A DNA stretch of 64,000 nt from Octopus vulgaris (taxonomy: Eukaryota): the NCBI GenBank assembly GCA_951406725.2, contig OX597817.1, forward strand, positions 18,042,001 through 18,106,000, written 5' to 3'. Below are positions 39,894 through 54,021 of this stretch, piece after piece; position 1 is the stretch's first letter, and the number at the start of each line of letters is the position of its first letter. Under the pieces are notes generated by a model, which worked only from the letters and a program-made list of their open reading frames with translations, did not search any database and was not told where the DNA came from. The position numbers and the translations under genes are program-made.

Positions 39894-40182
39894 TTGTATT
39901 TCGGGATGGTCTTTTTTCGGGTCATATAAACACACGCACTATATATTCGTTCTTCACTTGCTTATTACTGTTCTACTTATTCCATTCTGAGAACAGAATG
40001 GAGTAAGCAGAGCAAGAGCACACACGAAGACGGAAAGTGTTGGTGGAGAGGTCACAGATGTGTGACGAAATATTTCTGGACAATAGACACGAGTTAGAAT
40101 AAGAACAGTAATAAACGAGTGAAGAACGAATATATAGTGCGTGTGTTTATTTGGCAAAAAAAAAGACCGTCCCGAAATACAA
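39894..40182. repeat. Foldback with ~80-bp arms enclosing a decayed hammerhead-like motif (inverted pLTR or MITE)
   Basis: TTGTATTTCGGGA...CTGTTCT pairs with AGAACAG...TCCCGAAATACAA. The spacer holds GTGGAGA-G-GTCACA-GATG-TGTGAC-GAAA. Confidence 0.7.
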
Positions 40183-40236
40183 AAATATCTGTTTCGACAC
40201 AAGATTTGACATCAGGAATCTTGTAATACAAATTCA

Positions 40237-40322
<86 letters not shown>

Positions 40323-40330
40323 CATATATA

Positions 40331-40738
40331 GGCGCAGGAGTGGCTGCGTTGTAACTTGCTTACCAGCCACATGGTTCCGGGTTCAGTCCCACAGCGTGGC
40401 ACCTTGGGCAAGTGTTTTCTACTATAGCCTAGGACTGACCTAAGCCTTGTGAGTGGATTTGGTAGACGGAAACTGAAAGAAGCCCGTCATATGTATGTGT
40501 ATATATAAATGTATGTGTGTGTATATGTTTGTGTGTCTGTGTTTTGCCCCATCATCGCTTGATAACCGATGCTGGTGTGTTTACGTCCCCGTAACTTAGC
40601 GGTTCGGCCTAAGAGACCGATAGAATAAGTACTAGGCTTGCAAAGAATAAGCTCTAGGGTCGATTTGCTCGACTATAAAGGCGGTGCTCCAGCATGGCCT
40701 CAGTCATATGACTGAAACAAATAAAAAGAGTAAAAGAA
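40331..40738 (+). mobile_element. SINE family A
   Basis: Full length; shares private variants with the 42914 copy. Confidence 0.9.
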
Positions 40739-41380
40739 TATATTATAGTTTGGTAGGCTGGCTTATGGGGTTACCCAGGGTTTCTCGGTCATACTGTGGA
40801 AGAAAAGCCTCGTTTTTAAGGGTAAAAGCTTTGGTGATTATCTCCCTTTGCCATTGTCCATCGATCTTCGGCTGCGCCGCCATCTTGCGGCCACCAAAGC
40901 ACCGCGAAGGTAAACGATTGTCTCCCTTCGGCATTGGTTATTGGTTTCCAGCTTTAGTGCTGCCCTGCGAATTCCAAAATGCCAGCAGGAATTTTCCAAA
41001 ATGCAAGCATTGTCCGAAAATCTCCGTCCTGGAGTTTAGGATGCCGCTTGGCACGAGCGAGTTTTTAAGGATCCTCGTGCGTTCGGTAATGCATTACTTG
41101 CACCGTTTCACCCCGTCGATGTAGGGACCTGAGTTCTCGAGTATTTTCCATGCGATCGAGTATGGAATTTCTTCGTCTCTTAGTTGCCAGATATGGCTGG
41201 TCAGCGATGTCACGTATCTCCTTTCCCGGGACTCTTAATGAGGACAGATGATTGGAAATATGCTGTTTAAGAGAGTTCCCAGGGCACCCCACGTACTTCC
41301 GTTGGCGCGTGATTTCGTTGCATCTGTTTGCTGTTGTAGGTGCTGTTGTTGCTGGTGTTGTTGTTGCTGGTACCGTTGTC

Positions 41381-41481
41381 GCTGGTGCTGCCGCTGGTGC
41401 TGCCGCTGGTGCTGCCGCTGGTGCTGCCGCTGGTGCTGCCGCTGGTGCTGCCGCTGGTGCTGCCGCTGGTGCTGCCGCTGG
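41381..41481. repeat. 12-bp GC-rich minisatellite (GCTGGTGCTGCC), ~8 copies
   Basis: Direct tandem repeat; produces the PAAA/GAAA ORFs. Confidence 0.9.
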
Positions 41482-42315
41482 AGCTGGGGCTGCGGCGGTT
41501 GGTGCTGGTGTTGGTATTGGTACTGGTGTTGGCGTCGCTGGGGGGTGGTGTTTTAAACAAAGACGAGCACATAAGAAAATGTAGTCATAAGCGTCTCCTA
41601 AAAACACAGATGAGGTTGCCATGACTAGGATATTTTTTTAATCATAGATTTGCTCAATCAATAGAAAGTAACACAAATGGTCACTCAGGCACGAAATAAG
41701 TTTTGGCACAGAGTCTTATTTACAATGTTTTATACATGGTTATAGTCACCTCCCGCTCTGTTTAATCGTTTACAGTCTGTGATATATTTTACTAACTAAT
41801 GACAACTCCAACAACCAAGGAAAATTGGAGCCAATGATGGTGTCTATACATAGACAGTTAGAAACAGCAGCAAATATTTCCTTCAAATTACACCACACTG
41901 TCTTAAAGGATGAAGGACACATTTGATATTGTGGTTATGGGTGTTGCGCTAATTAAAAAAAAATGTCACAGGTAGACGTGCGATCAAGTCTAACCTAGGG
42001 CAAAACATCCTAAAAAAAAACCCCAACAAATTTCACACACACACACACACACCGCATTACACTTACACATGCATATTCACACACATACACATTCGCATAC
42101 ATACACATTCACACACAGCCTTCTTATAACAAAAACAGGAAATTATAAATTATGTAGACTCCTCTTGCTTGAACGTAGTGCCTTTGAATTTATATCTAAT
42201 CAATATCGCTTGTCATTTTTACACTTACCGTGGCATTAAATGCGGAAGTGTGTAATTTTCTTCAAAAGTTACTAAAAATCTGATGCAATAATTGTGTACG
42301 CTGAAGTATATCATA

Positions 42316-42640
42316 ACGATTCTGCCAGCTCGCCGCCTTATGCCAGCTCGCCGCCTTATGCCAGCTCGCCGCCTTATGCCAGCTCGCCGCCTTATGCCAG
42401 CTCGCCGCCTTATGCCAGCTCGCCGCCTTATGCCAGCTCGCCGCGAAATTCTTAGCGGTATTTCGTCTGCCGTTACGTTGTGAGTTCAAATTCCGCCGAG
42501 GTCGACTTTGCCTTTCATCCTTTCGGGGTCGATAAATTAAGTACCAGTTACGCACTGGGGTCGATGCAATCGACTTAATACCTATGTCTGTCCTTGTGTG
42601 TCCCCTCTGTGTTTGGCCCCTTGTGGGTAATAAAGAAATA
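42316..42640 (+). mobile_element. SINE B with an inverted, reiterated 5' head
   Basis: TGCCAGCTCGCCGCCTTA about 6.7 times, then a forward body. TSD AAGTATATCATAA. Confidence 0.85.
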
Positions 42641-42913
42641 AGTATATCATAAACACATACAAATTAACAAATACGCACGCACACACCACACACATACCAC
42701 ACACACACACATAGTGTACAGGTATACACGTACTTTTATACAAACGAACTTGCTTCACCATGTGGTATACTCCAAAAATTAAGCTATGAATAATGTTTGT
42801 CCATTCGTTCTGATATCAGGAAACTGCAAAAAGGGTACTCATACATAAATGAATGCATGCATACATACACACTTATGCATTTATTTGTCTGTATATATTT
42901 GTCTACATATATA

Positions 42914-43410
42914 GGCGCAGGAGTGGCTGCGTGGTAACTTGCTTACCAACCACATGGTCCCGGGTTCAGTCCCACAGCGTTGCATCTTGGGCAAGTGTTT
43001 TCTACTATATAGACTAGGGCCGACCTAAGCCTTGTGAGTGGATTTGGTAGAAGGAAACTGAAAGAAGCCCGTCATATGTATGTGTATATATAAATGTATG
43101 TGTGTGTATATGTTTGTGTGTCTGTGTTTTTGCCCCCAACATCGCTTGATAACCGATGCTGGTGTGTTTACGTCCCCGTAACTTAGCGGTTCGGCCTAAG
43201 AGACCGATAGAATAAGTACTAGGCTTACAAAGAATAAGCTCTAGTTAAAGGCTGGCAGACACGTTAGCGCGCCGGCGAAATGCTTAGTCTGTCGTTACGT
43301 TCATCCTTTCGGGGTCGATATATAAAGTACCAGTTTCGCACTGTAATCGACTTAATCCCTTTGTCCTTGTTTGTCCCCTCTATGTTTAGTCCCTTGTGGG
43401 CAATAAGGAA
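42914..43410 (+). mobile_element. SINE A (3'-truncated) fused to a deleted SINE B
   Basis: Family A sequence runs to ~43243, then GCTGGCAGACACGTTAGC...AAGGAAATA. Confidence 0.8.
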
Positions 43411-46128
43411 ATATGTATACATAGTTACAGTTTCCGTCTACAAAATTCACTCACATGGTATTGGTTGGCCCTGGGTTATAGTAGAAGACATTTGTCTAAG
43501 GCGCTGTGCTGTGGGACAGAACCGAAACTTCGAGATTGAGAAGCAAACTTCTAATCCACAAAATCATGCCTGCACCTAGTTATGCATGTAAAAGTACATA
43601 TAAATGATGTACATCTATCTATGTGTGTGTACGTGTGCATGTGTGTGTGTGTGTGTGTATGTGTGTCTGTCTGTCTATACACACACATACACATGCGTAT
43701 ATGTATGTATATGTGTGTTAGAAGGGATGTTATGCTTTAATTTCATTCTTTTGCGCAAGATTTATTATGCAGCTGACAAAAATAAAATATATATGTATAC
43801 ATATAAAAAAAAACAATAAAGGAAAAACTGACATCAATGTGAAGCATGTAAAGCTAGAATCCTAACCGTTCCGAAACAGATGACTGCATTTCATCGAGAT
43901 ATCAACTTTGTCTCTAACTTCCTTTCTTGTTTCCCTTCGTTTTCTTTCTGGCTCTGGGAAATTAACGCGTTATCAGTGCTCAGTGCTTCGAATCATTATT
44001 AATTGAATGTCAGGGTTCTGTATTTTTAAAACGGAATTTTCATCCTGTGAACAGGATTCTTTTAGGGAATGCTGTCTTTTGTAAGGTATTTCGCCACTTG
44101 ATTGACTTACCAATTTAACGGATTTAATTCTAAGATAAGAAAAGAAACAAAAAATCACAAACAAAACAAAAACGAAATAAAAACGAAATAAAACGAACGA
44201 AAACAAACTAAAAAAAAGAGCAACTAATACCAACCTAAAACTCATAAAAAAAAACATAACAGATGTAAACAACTCAATAAACAAATAAATGAATAAAGAT
44301 AAAATTATAAAAAAAAACCTAAACAAACTATAAAATAATTGAACGAATGACTGAATAATTAAACAAAAATGTAAAACAAGAGAAAAACGGTCGAACGAAA
44401 TTGGTTAAAAAGAAAAAAAGAAGAAAAACATCAGAAAAGAAACCAGTGAAAGAAGGTAAAAAAATTTCAAACAAATGTTTGCAAGTCAAACTATATGAGC
44501 AAGAGAGAGAGAGAGAGGGGAGAGAGAGAGAAAGAGAGAGAGAGAGAGGGGGGGAGAGAGAGGGGGAGAGAGAGAGAGAGTCCATTGTCAATAAATATTA
44601 TTGATTAATTCGCTGGTTATTCATTATTGAGGCCACTCTTGAGAGTTGAGTGACAGAAGTGAAAGTAGTGACGCATTGTTGTTGGTTCTTTTTTTTTTTT
44701 TTTTTCCAACATGGCCAAGTCATCAGTAAAAACCGAAATCCCTGCTGCCACAGAGCCAGCGTAAACATCCATCAACTTTTAACTTGTTATCTCTCTTGCT
44801 TTCAGTGGTGATGTCATTTCATCCTGTTTTTACCTACCTGCATAAAACATGTACGGATTTCTCTTCTGTACTTTTTCAGGACTACAGCAAAACTTCATGA
44901 ATAATAATACACACGTATTTTTTTTTCCTGCGCTAAAATCAAAATTAAAATTAATTCTTTATAAAATACATCATATCCTACGCTGTTTCCTCTCCACCAC
45001 GCTCTGCTTTTATTAAGAAAACAAAATAACGATATAAAGCTGTATTATTTTTTTAGGCTATTTCTTTATCATATCAATTTATTTTCTTTAAAATGAAATA
45101 TCAAAAACTAATATAACAGATTATGGTAGATTATCTAGTCTGGTAGCAGCTGTGCATCGTCATGATGTATTGTGACTTTTTTTTAGACAGCTCAGACATA
45201 AAAAGAGATGCGTTTTACATATGGTAGCGTATTGTACTTGGACATTTAAGGTAATTAAAATACCATTAAGTATTGACTAATATTCTCTTTTCCTCTCTGT
45301 ATAATTATTTCTAATTTGGTTTTGGGTATTGATAGCATTAACTGTGTTAACACAAGCTCGATTCACTATGTAAACGTCTAGTCGCTGCTGTTTCTAGTAA
45401 GTCTCAGGTTCCAGTAAAGGTATTCCACTTATAGCCATCCCACCTGCTTTTAACAAATGTGTTCCTAAGATTGCATCATCTGATGAGTCCTTTCAAGATA
45501 AACTAAGGGAGGTTTGGCTGCTATATCTAGCAGGTTGAGTGACTACAAAGAGCTTCCCTTTCATTGACATGCAATTGTGGTTTTATTATTATTTAACCCT
45601 CAGATCAGTTCTGATGTTGCAGAGCTACGAATAAAAATGTCCCAGCCGTAACTATCTCATCTTTTATTCAGCTATAGTTCATCTAGGACCATCTAGAACT
45701 TCTTTACCCAATGTGATCTTCCTCTTTTTAAGGTGATTGAATGTGATTTGAGGGAGATTTGACTGCTATTTCTAGGAGATCGAGTGTGTATATAGTGGTT
45801 TTCCTTGACACTTAAAATTGCTTAGTGTTTGAGATCATGCGAATTGAGTCGTTTAGCTATGGGGCACTGTCTTGCGCAGCCGACAATACAGGTCAATAAC
45901 TCATTAACTATTTGTCTGGTTAGAGTTAAGGATAGGATTCCCAACAAAGGCGCATGACCAAATATTTTGCGGGAGGAAGTGCAATCGGTTTGATTTACAT
46001 CATTATTGAACTAGTGTTTATTTTATTGATTGATGTATATTTTACCGACCCCTGACAGACGGAAACCAAGGCCGTTTTCGGTGGTAGTTGAACTTAAAAC
46101 GTATTAAAATATCGTACGTATTAATTAA

Positions 46129-46389
46129 ATAATAAAATAAATGCGCCCTTTTAAAGCCTAGCCAGGCTCATGGGCCCGGTTTCCCGGTTTCCATGGCGTA
46201 TGTGTTCTTCAGCTGGACGGGACACCAGTCCATCGCAGCGTTACTCATTTTTGCCAGCTGAATGGACTGGAGCAACGTGAAATGAAGTGTTTTGCTCAAG
46301 AACATATCGCGTCGCGCGGTCCAGGAATCGAAATCACAATCTTACGATCATGATGCTGACATCCTAACCACTAAGCCACGCGCCTCCAC
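46129..46389 (-). mobile_element. tRNA-derived SINE (H2-T2) with TSD
   Basis: TSD CGTATTAATTAA. Near-identical to 58170-58428. Confidence 0.9.
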
Positions 46390-46474
46390 CGTATTAATTA
46401 AGAACTTAACTAAATACCGCAAAGTAATTTGCTTTGCAATTTATCGATTCTTCTGCAATAGGTTGTTCTAATAA

Positions 46475-46715
46475 TCCTTTCTACACTAAGCACAGGACCT
46501 GCAATTTAGTGGGAGGGGTGCTACTCGATTACATCAACTCAAGTCCTCAACTAGTACTTGTTTTATCGACTCCGAAAGGATGAAAGGCAAAGTTGACATT
46601 GGCGGAATTTGAACTCAAAACGTAAAGACGGACGAAATGCCGCTAAGCATTTTATCCGGCGTGCTAACGATTCTGCCAACTCACTGCCTCATCTATTGTC
46701 CTACTGCTGCTGCTG

Positions 46716-46763
<48 letters not shown>

Positions 46764-47175
46764 TCTAACTTTAGCACAAGGCCAGCAATGTTGAGGCGAG
46801 TGTTTTAGTTGATTCCATTAAACTTGACTGGTACTTTATTTTACAGATCCCGAAAAGATGAAAGGCAGGTTTGACCTTCGTAGGATTCGTACTCAGAATG
46901 TAAAGAACATGAAGAAATACCCCAAAGTATTTTTTCCGAAGCACTAATGATTCTGCCATTCCACCTAACCTTATGATAAAGGTTTCTAATTTAGACATAA
47001 GACCAACAGTTTTGAAGGGAGGGGGCTAGTCGATTATATCGATCCTAGTACTTATTTTATCGAGCTCTCCAAGATGAAACGCAAAGTTGGCCTCGGAAGG
47101 ATTTGAACTCAGAACGTAGAGAGCTGGAATAAATGACGTTGGGCATTTTATCCGACAAGCTAACACTCCTGCCAA
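46475..47175 (-). mobile_element. Three old SINE B variant copies
   Basis: Diverged GATGAAAGGCAAAGTYGAC / GAACTCAGAACGTA bodies. Confidence 0.7.
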
Positions 47176-47358
47176 AAGTCCAAAAGAAACACAGAAGCCA
47201 TGCTAAGGCGCACAACACTACACATTGTCACCAAAAATATCTTTGTTATAAGCAACCCACGCAAGACACTATCGATTCAATCGAATAGCTTAAGCAAAAC
47301 AACCTCACACACGCCCACCCTACACAGTAAGCACCTATTCATTTAAACACAACTCATG

Positions 47359-47402
<44 letters not shown>

Positions 47403-49109
47403 ATGTATGTATGTATGTATGTATGTATGTATGTATGTATGTATGTACGTATGTATGTATGTATGTATGTATGTATGTATGTATGTATGTATGTATGTAT
47501 GTATATAAATACAGTGTACATTTAAACACATAAGAGATGGTCATAATAGGACATCTAACCCGCTAGAAGGAACAGTTAAAATCCAAACCACTATTAGGGG
47601 TAATTTCGAAAGGGAATGAAAAATAAAAACGTTTACCATCTATTTCCTGCACCATGGTTTCAAGCTATCTTCAGCAAATAAAATAATTGGCTAGGCGCGG
47701 CTGCCAACACTTTTTTCTGCAAAATAGGAGTAGCTTATCCTGTTCAGGTTATATTATTAGCATTATCCTGCGTTTGAGAATTTATAATCACTTCTTTAAC
47801 TTTCTCAGACATCTCAACGCTTTTGTTTACGTTCATCGTAATTTGAATTTAATAATAATAATAACATTATTTTTTTCTTTTATTATTGCCAAAAGGGTAA
47901 CGGACGAAACATTACGAAGTTAGATTACAAAAAAAAAAAAAAAAAAAATGTAGAGCTTACATTGAAATATAGTGAATGGATACAAAAGACCATCAATAAA
48001 AGAACTTCACAGATCCAGGAATAACCTTTCTGCCAAGAGTAAGTGTCTTCTCCTAGTTGCTATTTATTCGCCTGCAAATACTTGCAAGAGTAAGTCCATT
48101 CTCTTGAGATATACTCATCTTTCAACACTGCACTGGAGGTATTTCCCCTTTTATCCCCAGCTTTTCGCTGCGTCTGCCATACCTAAGGTTAGTGACCCAA
48201 AGTCAATAAGTAAGTGACTTTGCTTCCAAGGAGATCCTAAGCCACCTATGTTTTATTCATCTATATCTTATTTGGCCATACTGGTCGGAGAGAAGAAAAA
48301 GGTAAAAGTTTCTTACTTCCAACTTGGAGAACGTTAGTTAATCCTGTCTTCTCAGCAGTAGAAGTGGTTCCCTGAAAGACCTCACTAAAATGTCCTAGTT
48401 ATTTCTTTTACAGAATAGTCTTGTGGCATGGAGTATTTTGGTTTGACTGTCATGCAAGAATATGTATCTGGCTGCTTGGGAGTTGGGAAAAATGTAAGAG
48501 TTTGAGGGACTTTCCTATTCGTGTTTTCTTGTATTTTTGGAACGAGGTTTTCAAACAAGGACTTGGAGAGGCCCGAGGTAGAAAGAATGGTTGGATGTGA
48601 ATGCGTGAGCATGTGTGTGTTTGTGCTTTAGTGAATGTCTGTGTGTGTTTGTGTGTGCGTATGTGTATGAATGAAGCATTGTATTGGTGTGGTAGCGGAA
48701 TTGTCCTTTTACCTTGTGGTATTGGTCTCTTCTGCTGCTGCTATTATTGTTTCTGTTGAAGCTGTTGCTACTGTTGTAGTTGCTTGCAGTTGTCGTTTTT
48801 ATAACTGCATCTGTTGTAGTTGCTGTTGATTTTGTGATGGTGGTTGTGTGTTTGAAGAAGTGCAGACCTTCCTTCTGTTGCCCTATGTTATGGGCAGAAA
48901 GCTTGCCAGCTGGTTGGTACCAGCAAGTGTACAACTTTCTATTTTACCACAAGCCATGTGGTTGGATGCCGCTTGGGAGGTTTCCAGTCTCCATAGCAAT
49001 GGTTCCAACACATACAGAAGAGACAAAAAGAAGCCTCTTTGGTGCACCGAGAGAGCAACACGAAGCGGTTCCTACTGATGGCCATTTAGTTTGACCCTGG
49101 TAATATGTA

Positions 49110-49402
49110 GAGGCCCATGGCCTAGTGGTTAGAGCAGCTGACTCACGGTCGAGGGATCGCAGGATCGAGTCTCAGACCAGGCAATGTGTGTGTTTATGAG
49201 CGAAACATCTAAGCTCCACGTGGCTCCGGCAGAAGGTAATGGCGAACTTCTGCTGACTCTTTCGCCACAACTTTCTCTCACTCTTTCCTCCTGCATCTTG
49301 CAGCTCACCTGCGATGGACCGGCGTCCCGTCCAGGTGGGGAACCTATACGCCAAAGAAACCAGGAAACCGGCCCTAATGAGCCAGGCATGGCTTGAGAAG
49401 GA
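49110..49402 (+). mobile_element. tRNA-derived SINE (H1-T2)
   Basis: Head matches family C; the tail CTGCGATGGACCGGCGTCCCGTCCAG...GAAACCGG matches 46129/58170. Confidence 0.8.
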
Positions 49403-49737
49403 ACCAACAACAGCAGCAGCCACAGCAACAACAACAACATCAGCAACAACAACAACAACAACAACAGCGATTACAGTAGCAATAACAAGACCATCAACAA
49501 TAATAAGGACTTGATGCCATCCGTACAAGGTACAGTGTAAATGTTCCACACCGAATAAGGAACAAAAAACCCGTTTATCACAGTACAAGAGAAAAAATAC
49601 TATTGGTGATTCTTGGAGAAAGCATAACGTCTCAGTGGAACGCTAAATTTTCGTGACTTTTAGAAAATTATCATCTAGATAATGGATGTCAGTGCTGAAC
49701 GAAGAGAAAAAATGGTCCAAAATATATGTCTGGAAGT

Positions 49738-50124
49738 GTTAGTTAGTAAATTTTTTGGCTCAAAAAGCAAAAAACAAGGCCATGTAGGGGGATATGGAGT
49801 TATGTACAGGGTGGTGTTCATGTAAAGAGTTCAGGCCACTTGAGGTCAAGGGAGACTTTGAACCGAGCGGTCGTCGGCATCTTCACCATCTCGTCTGGCA
49901 GCTTATTCCACGGATCCGCAACCCGGACGGAGAAAGCCCCTCTCTTTCGATTGAGATGAAATCGTCGCAGATAGAGCTTTTCGGAATGACCCCGCAGCCG
50001 ACGCTCTGGAGCAGGAGTGAAGAACAGCTCTTTCGAGAGGTAACACTTTCCACTTATGATGTTGTGAGCAAGAATGAGATCTCCACGGCGTCGTAGAGAA
50101 TAAAGGTCGAGCGTCTTCAGCCTA
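49738..50124 (-). mobile_element. CR1 ORF2 C-terminus and 3' UTR
   Basis: LKTLDLYSLRRRGDLI...LRGHSEKL...FSVRVADPWNKLP is a typical CR1 C-terminus. Confidence 0.85.
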
Positions 50125-51080
50125 AAAACAAGCAAAAAACAAATCAGACCATTTTAGGCGGTTTTCTCTGATCAAGAGCAGAGAGGCGAGGATTTTGGAG
50201 GCTGGTGGCCAAAATTAGAAGGAACAGAAATTTCGTCTGTGATTGGCCGTGAAAACTTTTGGCCTTATTATTATAAGCAATAACAGCGACAGCAACAACA
50301 ATGGCAGACGTTCATATTAAAAATGTGCACTCTAGTATTATTGAATGGATAGTATTTCAAATACAGGTAGGATGGGTTTGTGTAAATATCGTTAAATCTT
50401 CCCAGGTCGTTCCTCTGTCTGTGAGATGTCAACCTGACAAACTATTTCACACTCGATGCGGAAAACTAAGATCATGTAGATCGTACTTTCGGTTTTATCA
50501 AGTTTAACGGATAGACAACGTGTAAATTGTTCGTAAATCTATGTTGCTTATCTAATAAACTTAAAATAATGTATTTATATTGGATAGTTTGGCAGGGACC
50601 TGGCTTCCGTAAGAGTAAAGTGTTGTCCATAGGGATAGAATGAGCGAATGAAGATGTGTCAACGCTGTCAACTGCTAGCAAAAAGCAACTAGTTCTCCCT
50701 CAAATTACACTCTGTCGTCTTATAAAAACGAAATATATGTTGAACTATGGGGTTCTTAATATATAAAATCACGGTATGATTGCAAATGGAAATGCCCATA
50801 CACATAAATCAGTTCGATTAAGATTGGCATTGGACAAACCACTACCTCCTGCAACTATTGTCTCCGTAAATTAACGATTCGGCAAAAGAGAACGATAGAA
50901 TAAGTTCCAGACAGAAAAAAAAAAGGTCTGGAGTCAATTTGTTCGATTAAAACTCTTCAAAGCAATACCCCATTATAAAAGCATTCCTGTGACTGGAGCA
51001 AGTAAAAGACAAAACATAAAGATGCAGTTAGTTATATCATGAATTCTTCGCTGCATGGAAGTTGTACGGGTAGTAAATAC

Positions 51081-51312
51081 CTTTTTCTTTACTACCCACA
51101 AGGGGCTAAACACAGAGAGGACAAACAAGGACAGACAAACGGATTAAGTCGATTATATCGACCCCAGTGCGTAACTGGTACTTATTTAATCGACCCCGAA
51201 AGGATGAAGGGCAAAGTCGACCTCGGCGGAATTTGAACTCAGAACGTAGCGGCAGACGAAATACCGCTAAGCATTTCACCCGGCGTGCTAACATTTCTGC
51301 CAGCTCGCCGCT
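51081..51312 (-). mobile_element. SINE B monomer with a 20-bp TSD
   Basis: TTGTACGGG(T/A)AGTAAATACC on both sides. Confidence 0.9.
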
Positions 51313-52039
51313 TTGTACGGGAAGTAAATACCATTCCTAAATGGCTTAAATGGAAACAAACAACCAAAATAATTCATTGAAGAACTAGGACAAGTTTGAG
51401 TAGATGTTGAGCTAATTTGTCTGAACTTTGCCGAGGCTGTTTGAGAGAAGTCGACAACGCAGTGAACTAGATGATTCCTCGCAACCTCAACGAATGTGCT
51501 GCGGCAGGACTGATTGACCTGCCCTACAAACTGTATTCAATATTCCAGACTGGTTCGCTTCTATCTCAATTGATATGTACCCCATTGACCTGGAACATTT
51601 ACAGTGGTGTGAGTCAAGAAATGGCGAAGCTGCCGAGAAAGATTGCAACAACAGAAGTAAAGACATAAACACAAACACGAATACAGATGAAGTATTTTGA
51701 GGGCCGTAATTCTGTAAATGTTGAGACAAAAGTGTTAGCTCTGTCTTCAAGATAAAGCTCTATGGCGAAGAAGAGAGGAGATAGAGTGAGGAATGAGAAG
51801 GAAAGAAGAAAAAATTCAAAGAGGGAGAGAGAGAGAGGGGGAGGGAGAGAGGTGGAGTATAAAAGAGAAAAGAAATATACAGAGAAAGAAGGCAAAGAGA
51901 AAAATAAAAAAAAATAACTGGTATTAAAGATAAAGGAAGCAAAAGAGAAAAATAAAATGAGAGGGATACACACACACACACACATACACACACACGCACA
52001 CACATACACACACATATATATATAGAAAGAGAGAGGGAG

Positions 52040-52077
<38 letters not shown>

Positions 52078-52183
52078 GGAGAGAGAGAGAAAGGGGGGAA
52101 AACTGAGAGGAAGGAAAACAAGAAAGGAATCAGATAAAGAAAAAAGTAAGAAGCTAAATCAATGAAGCAAGTGAAATGTCTAC

Positions 52184-52242
<59 letters not shown>

Positions 52243-52310
52243 TTATATGTATATATATGTGTGTGTACATATGTGTATGAGTGAATATATATATGTATAT
52301 ATATACATAC

Positions 52311-52373
<63 letters not shown>

Positions 52374-52436
52374 CATACATATATATATACATACATACAT
52401 ATATACATACATATATATATATACATACATACATAT

Positions 52437-52501
<65 letters not shown>

Positions 52502-53137
52502 CACACACACATGTACATACACAGGTGTATGTATGTATATAGGTGTGTTATCTCAGTATATATATATATTAGAAAACAGGAAAATAAAATGGCCGCGCAA
52601 GTGTGAGAAAGAAGAAAGAGACGAAAATAATGAGGACACAAAAGAAAAAAAAGAAAAAAAGACAAAAAGAAAAAAGAAAAAAGAGACCGTGTGAATGACA
52701 ACGATCACAAATACACAAAGATATGTATACCCTCTCTCACACACGCACACAAGCAAAGAGACAGACAGATAGATAACGAAAGAGAGGGAGAGAGAGAAAT
52801 AGAGAGAGAGAGAGGGTGAGAGGCGAAGATATCGAAGAGGGTGGTGGTGGAGGAGCGTAGTGTGCGTGTGAGAGCGAAAGAAATTAGCTTGCTAGACATT
52901 TTGTAGTAAAGAGTTTCGAGAGAAAGCTTCTGGTATTGTGAAGTTGTCCATTCCAGTTGAATAAGTTCACAGAAGAGTGACAACTGGAAAGTTAGCTGAA
53001 AGCTTCAGTGCTTTTGATAAAGTCAAGACTATTGCTCTGCTCGCCAGCAAATCAATAACACATCTATCTATTAACGTGTGCGTGTGAGTATATGTGCTCG
53101 TGCGTGTGTGTATTGTGGGTATTATGTGTATGAGTGC

Positions 53138-53178
<41 letters not shown>

Positions 53179-53494
53179 AGTACTTGTTAGTTGTGTGGAT
53201 AACGCTTATCTAAGGCCGTGTGTGTGTGTGTATGTGTGTGTGTGTATGTGTGTGTGTGTATGTGTGTGTCTGTGTGTGTTTTGAATACCTGGGAGAGTAT
53301 ATTTTTACACACGATGTAGACATAAATATAAACACACACACACACAAATGTGTGTACTTGTGTGTGGTTTTGCATGCTTTTGTATGTGTGCGTGTGTATG
53401 TTGTGTGTGTGTTGTGTGTGGTGTGTGTGTGTTGTGTGTGTGTGTATTGGATACTTGGGAGAGTATATTTTTACATACGATATATGTATGTATG

Positions 53495-53530
<36 letters not shown>

Positions 53531-53926
53531 CACACAAACGTGTGTTTTTGTATGCGCGCGCGTATGTGTGTGTGTGTGTGAGTGTTTGTGTGTGCTTGTA
53601 TGTGTGTATATTGAAAACTTAGGAGAGGATATTTTTACACACAATGTAGAGATATATATATACACGAAAACGTAACATATCCGTTCATCAATAGTTATAC
53701 ATATGTGCATACACGCACGTACACACGCATAGGTGTTTGCTGTTAAATACACACACATACACGTACGTGCATAATGATATATGTATCGGAAGAGGCATAC
53801 ATTCACACACAAACGTGTAAACATTCAAATAATCACGCACAAACATTCAGATGCAAAAAAAGTTCACTTTGAGCATACATCTTTAAACAGACATACATAT
53901 ATTCAAGCATATCTATCCATCCATCC

Positions 53927-54021
<95 letters not shown>

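Noticed and set aside
41065-41624. 185-aa PAAA-repeat ORF and overlapping ORFs
   Set aside because: Driven by a 12-bp minisatellite. The adjacent sequence has only a faint CR1-like WKILEN remnant and no supportable gene.
42323-42444. Short direct-repeat array resembling CRISPR
   Set aside because: There are no spacers, the unit is the SINE B 5' end, and the context is eukaryotic with no cas genes.
43860-53050. Possible minus-strand UTR exons or small ORFs (44640-44850, 48551-48934, 51487-51750, 52860-53040)
   Set aside because: Unique-looking sequence with some splice-like motifs, but no recognisable domain or consistent exon chain. Needs RNA-seq.
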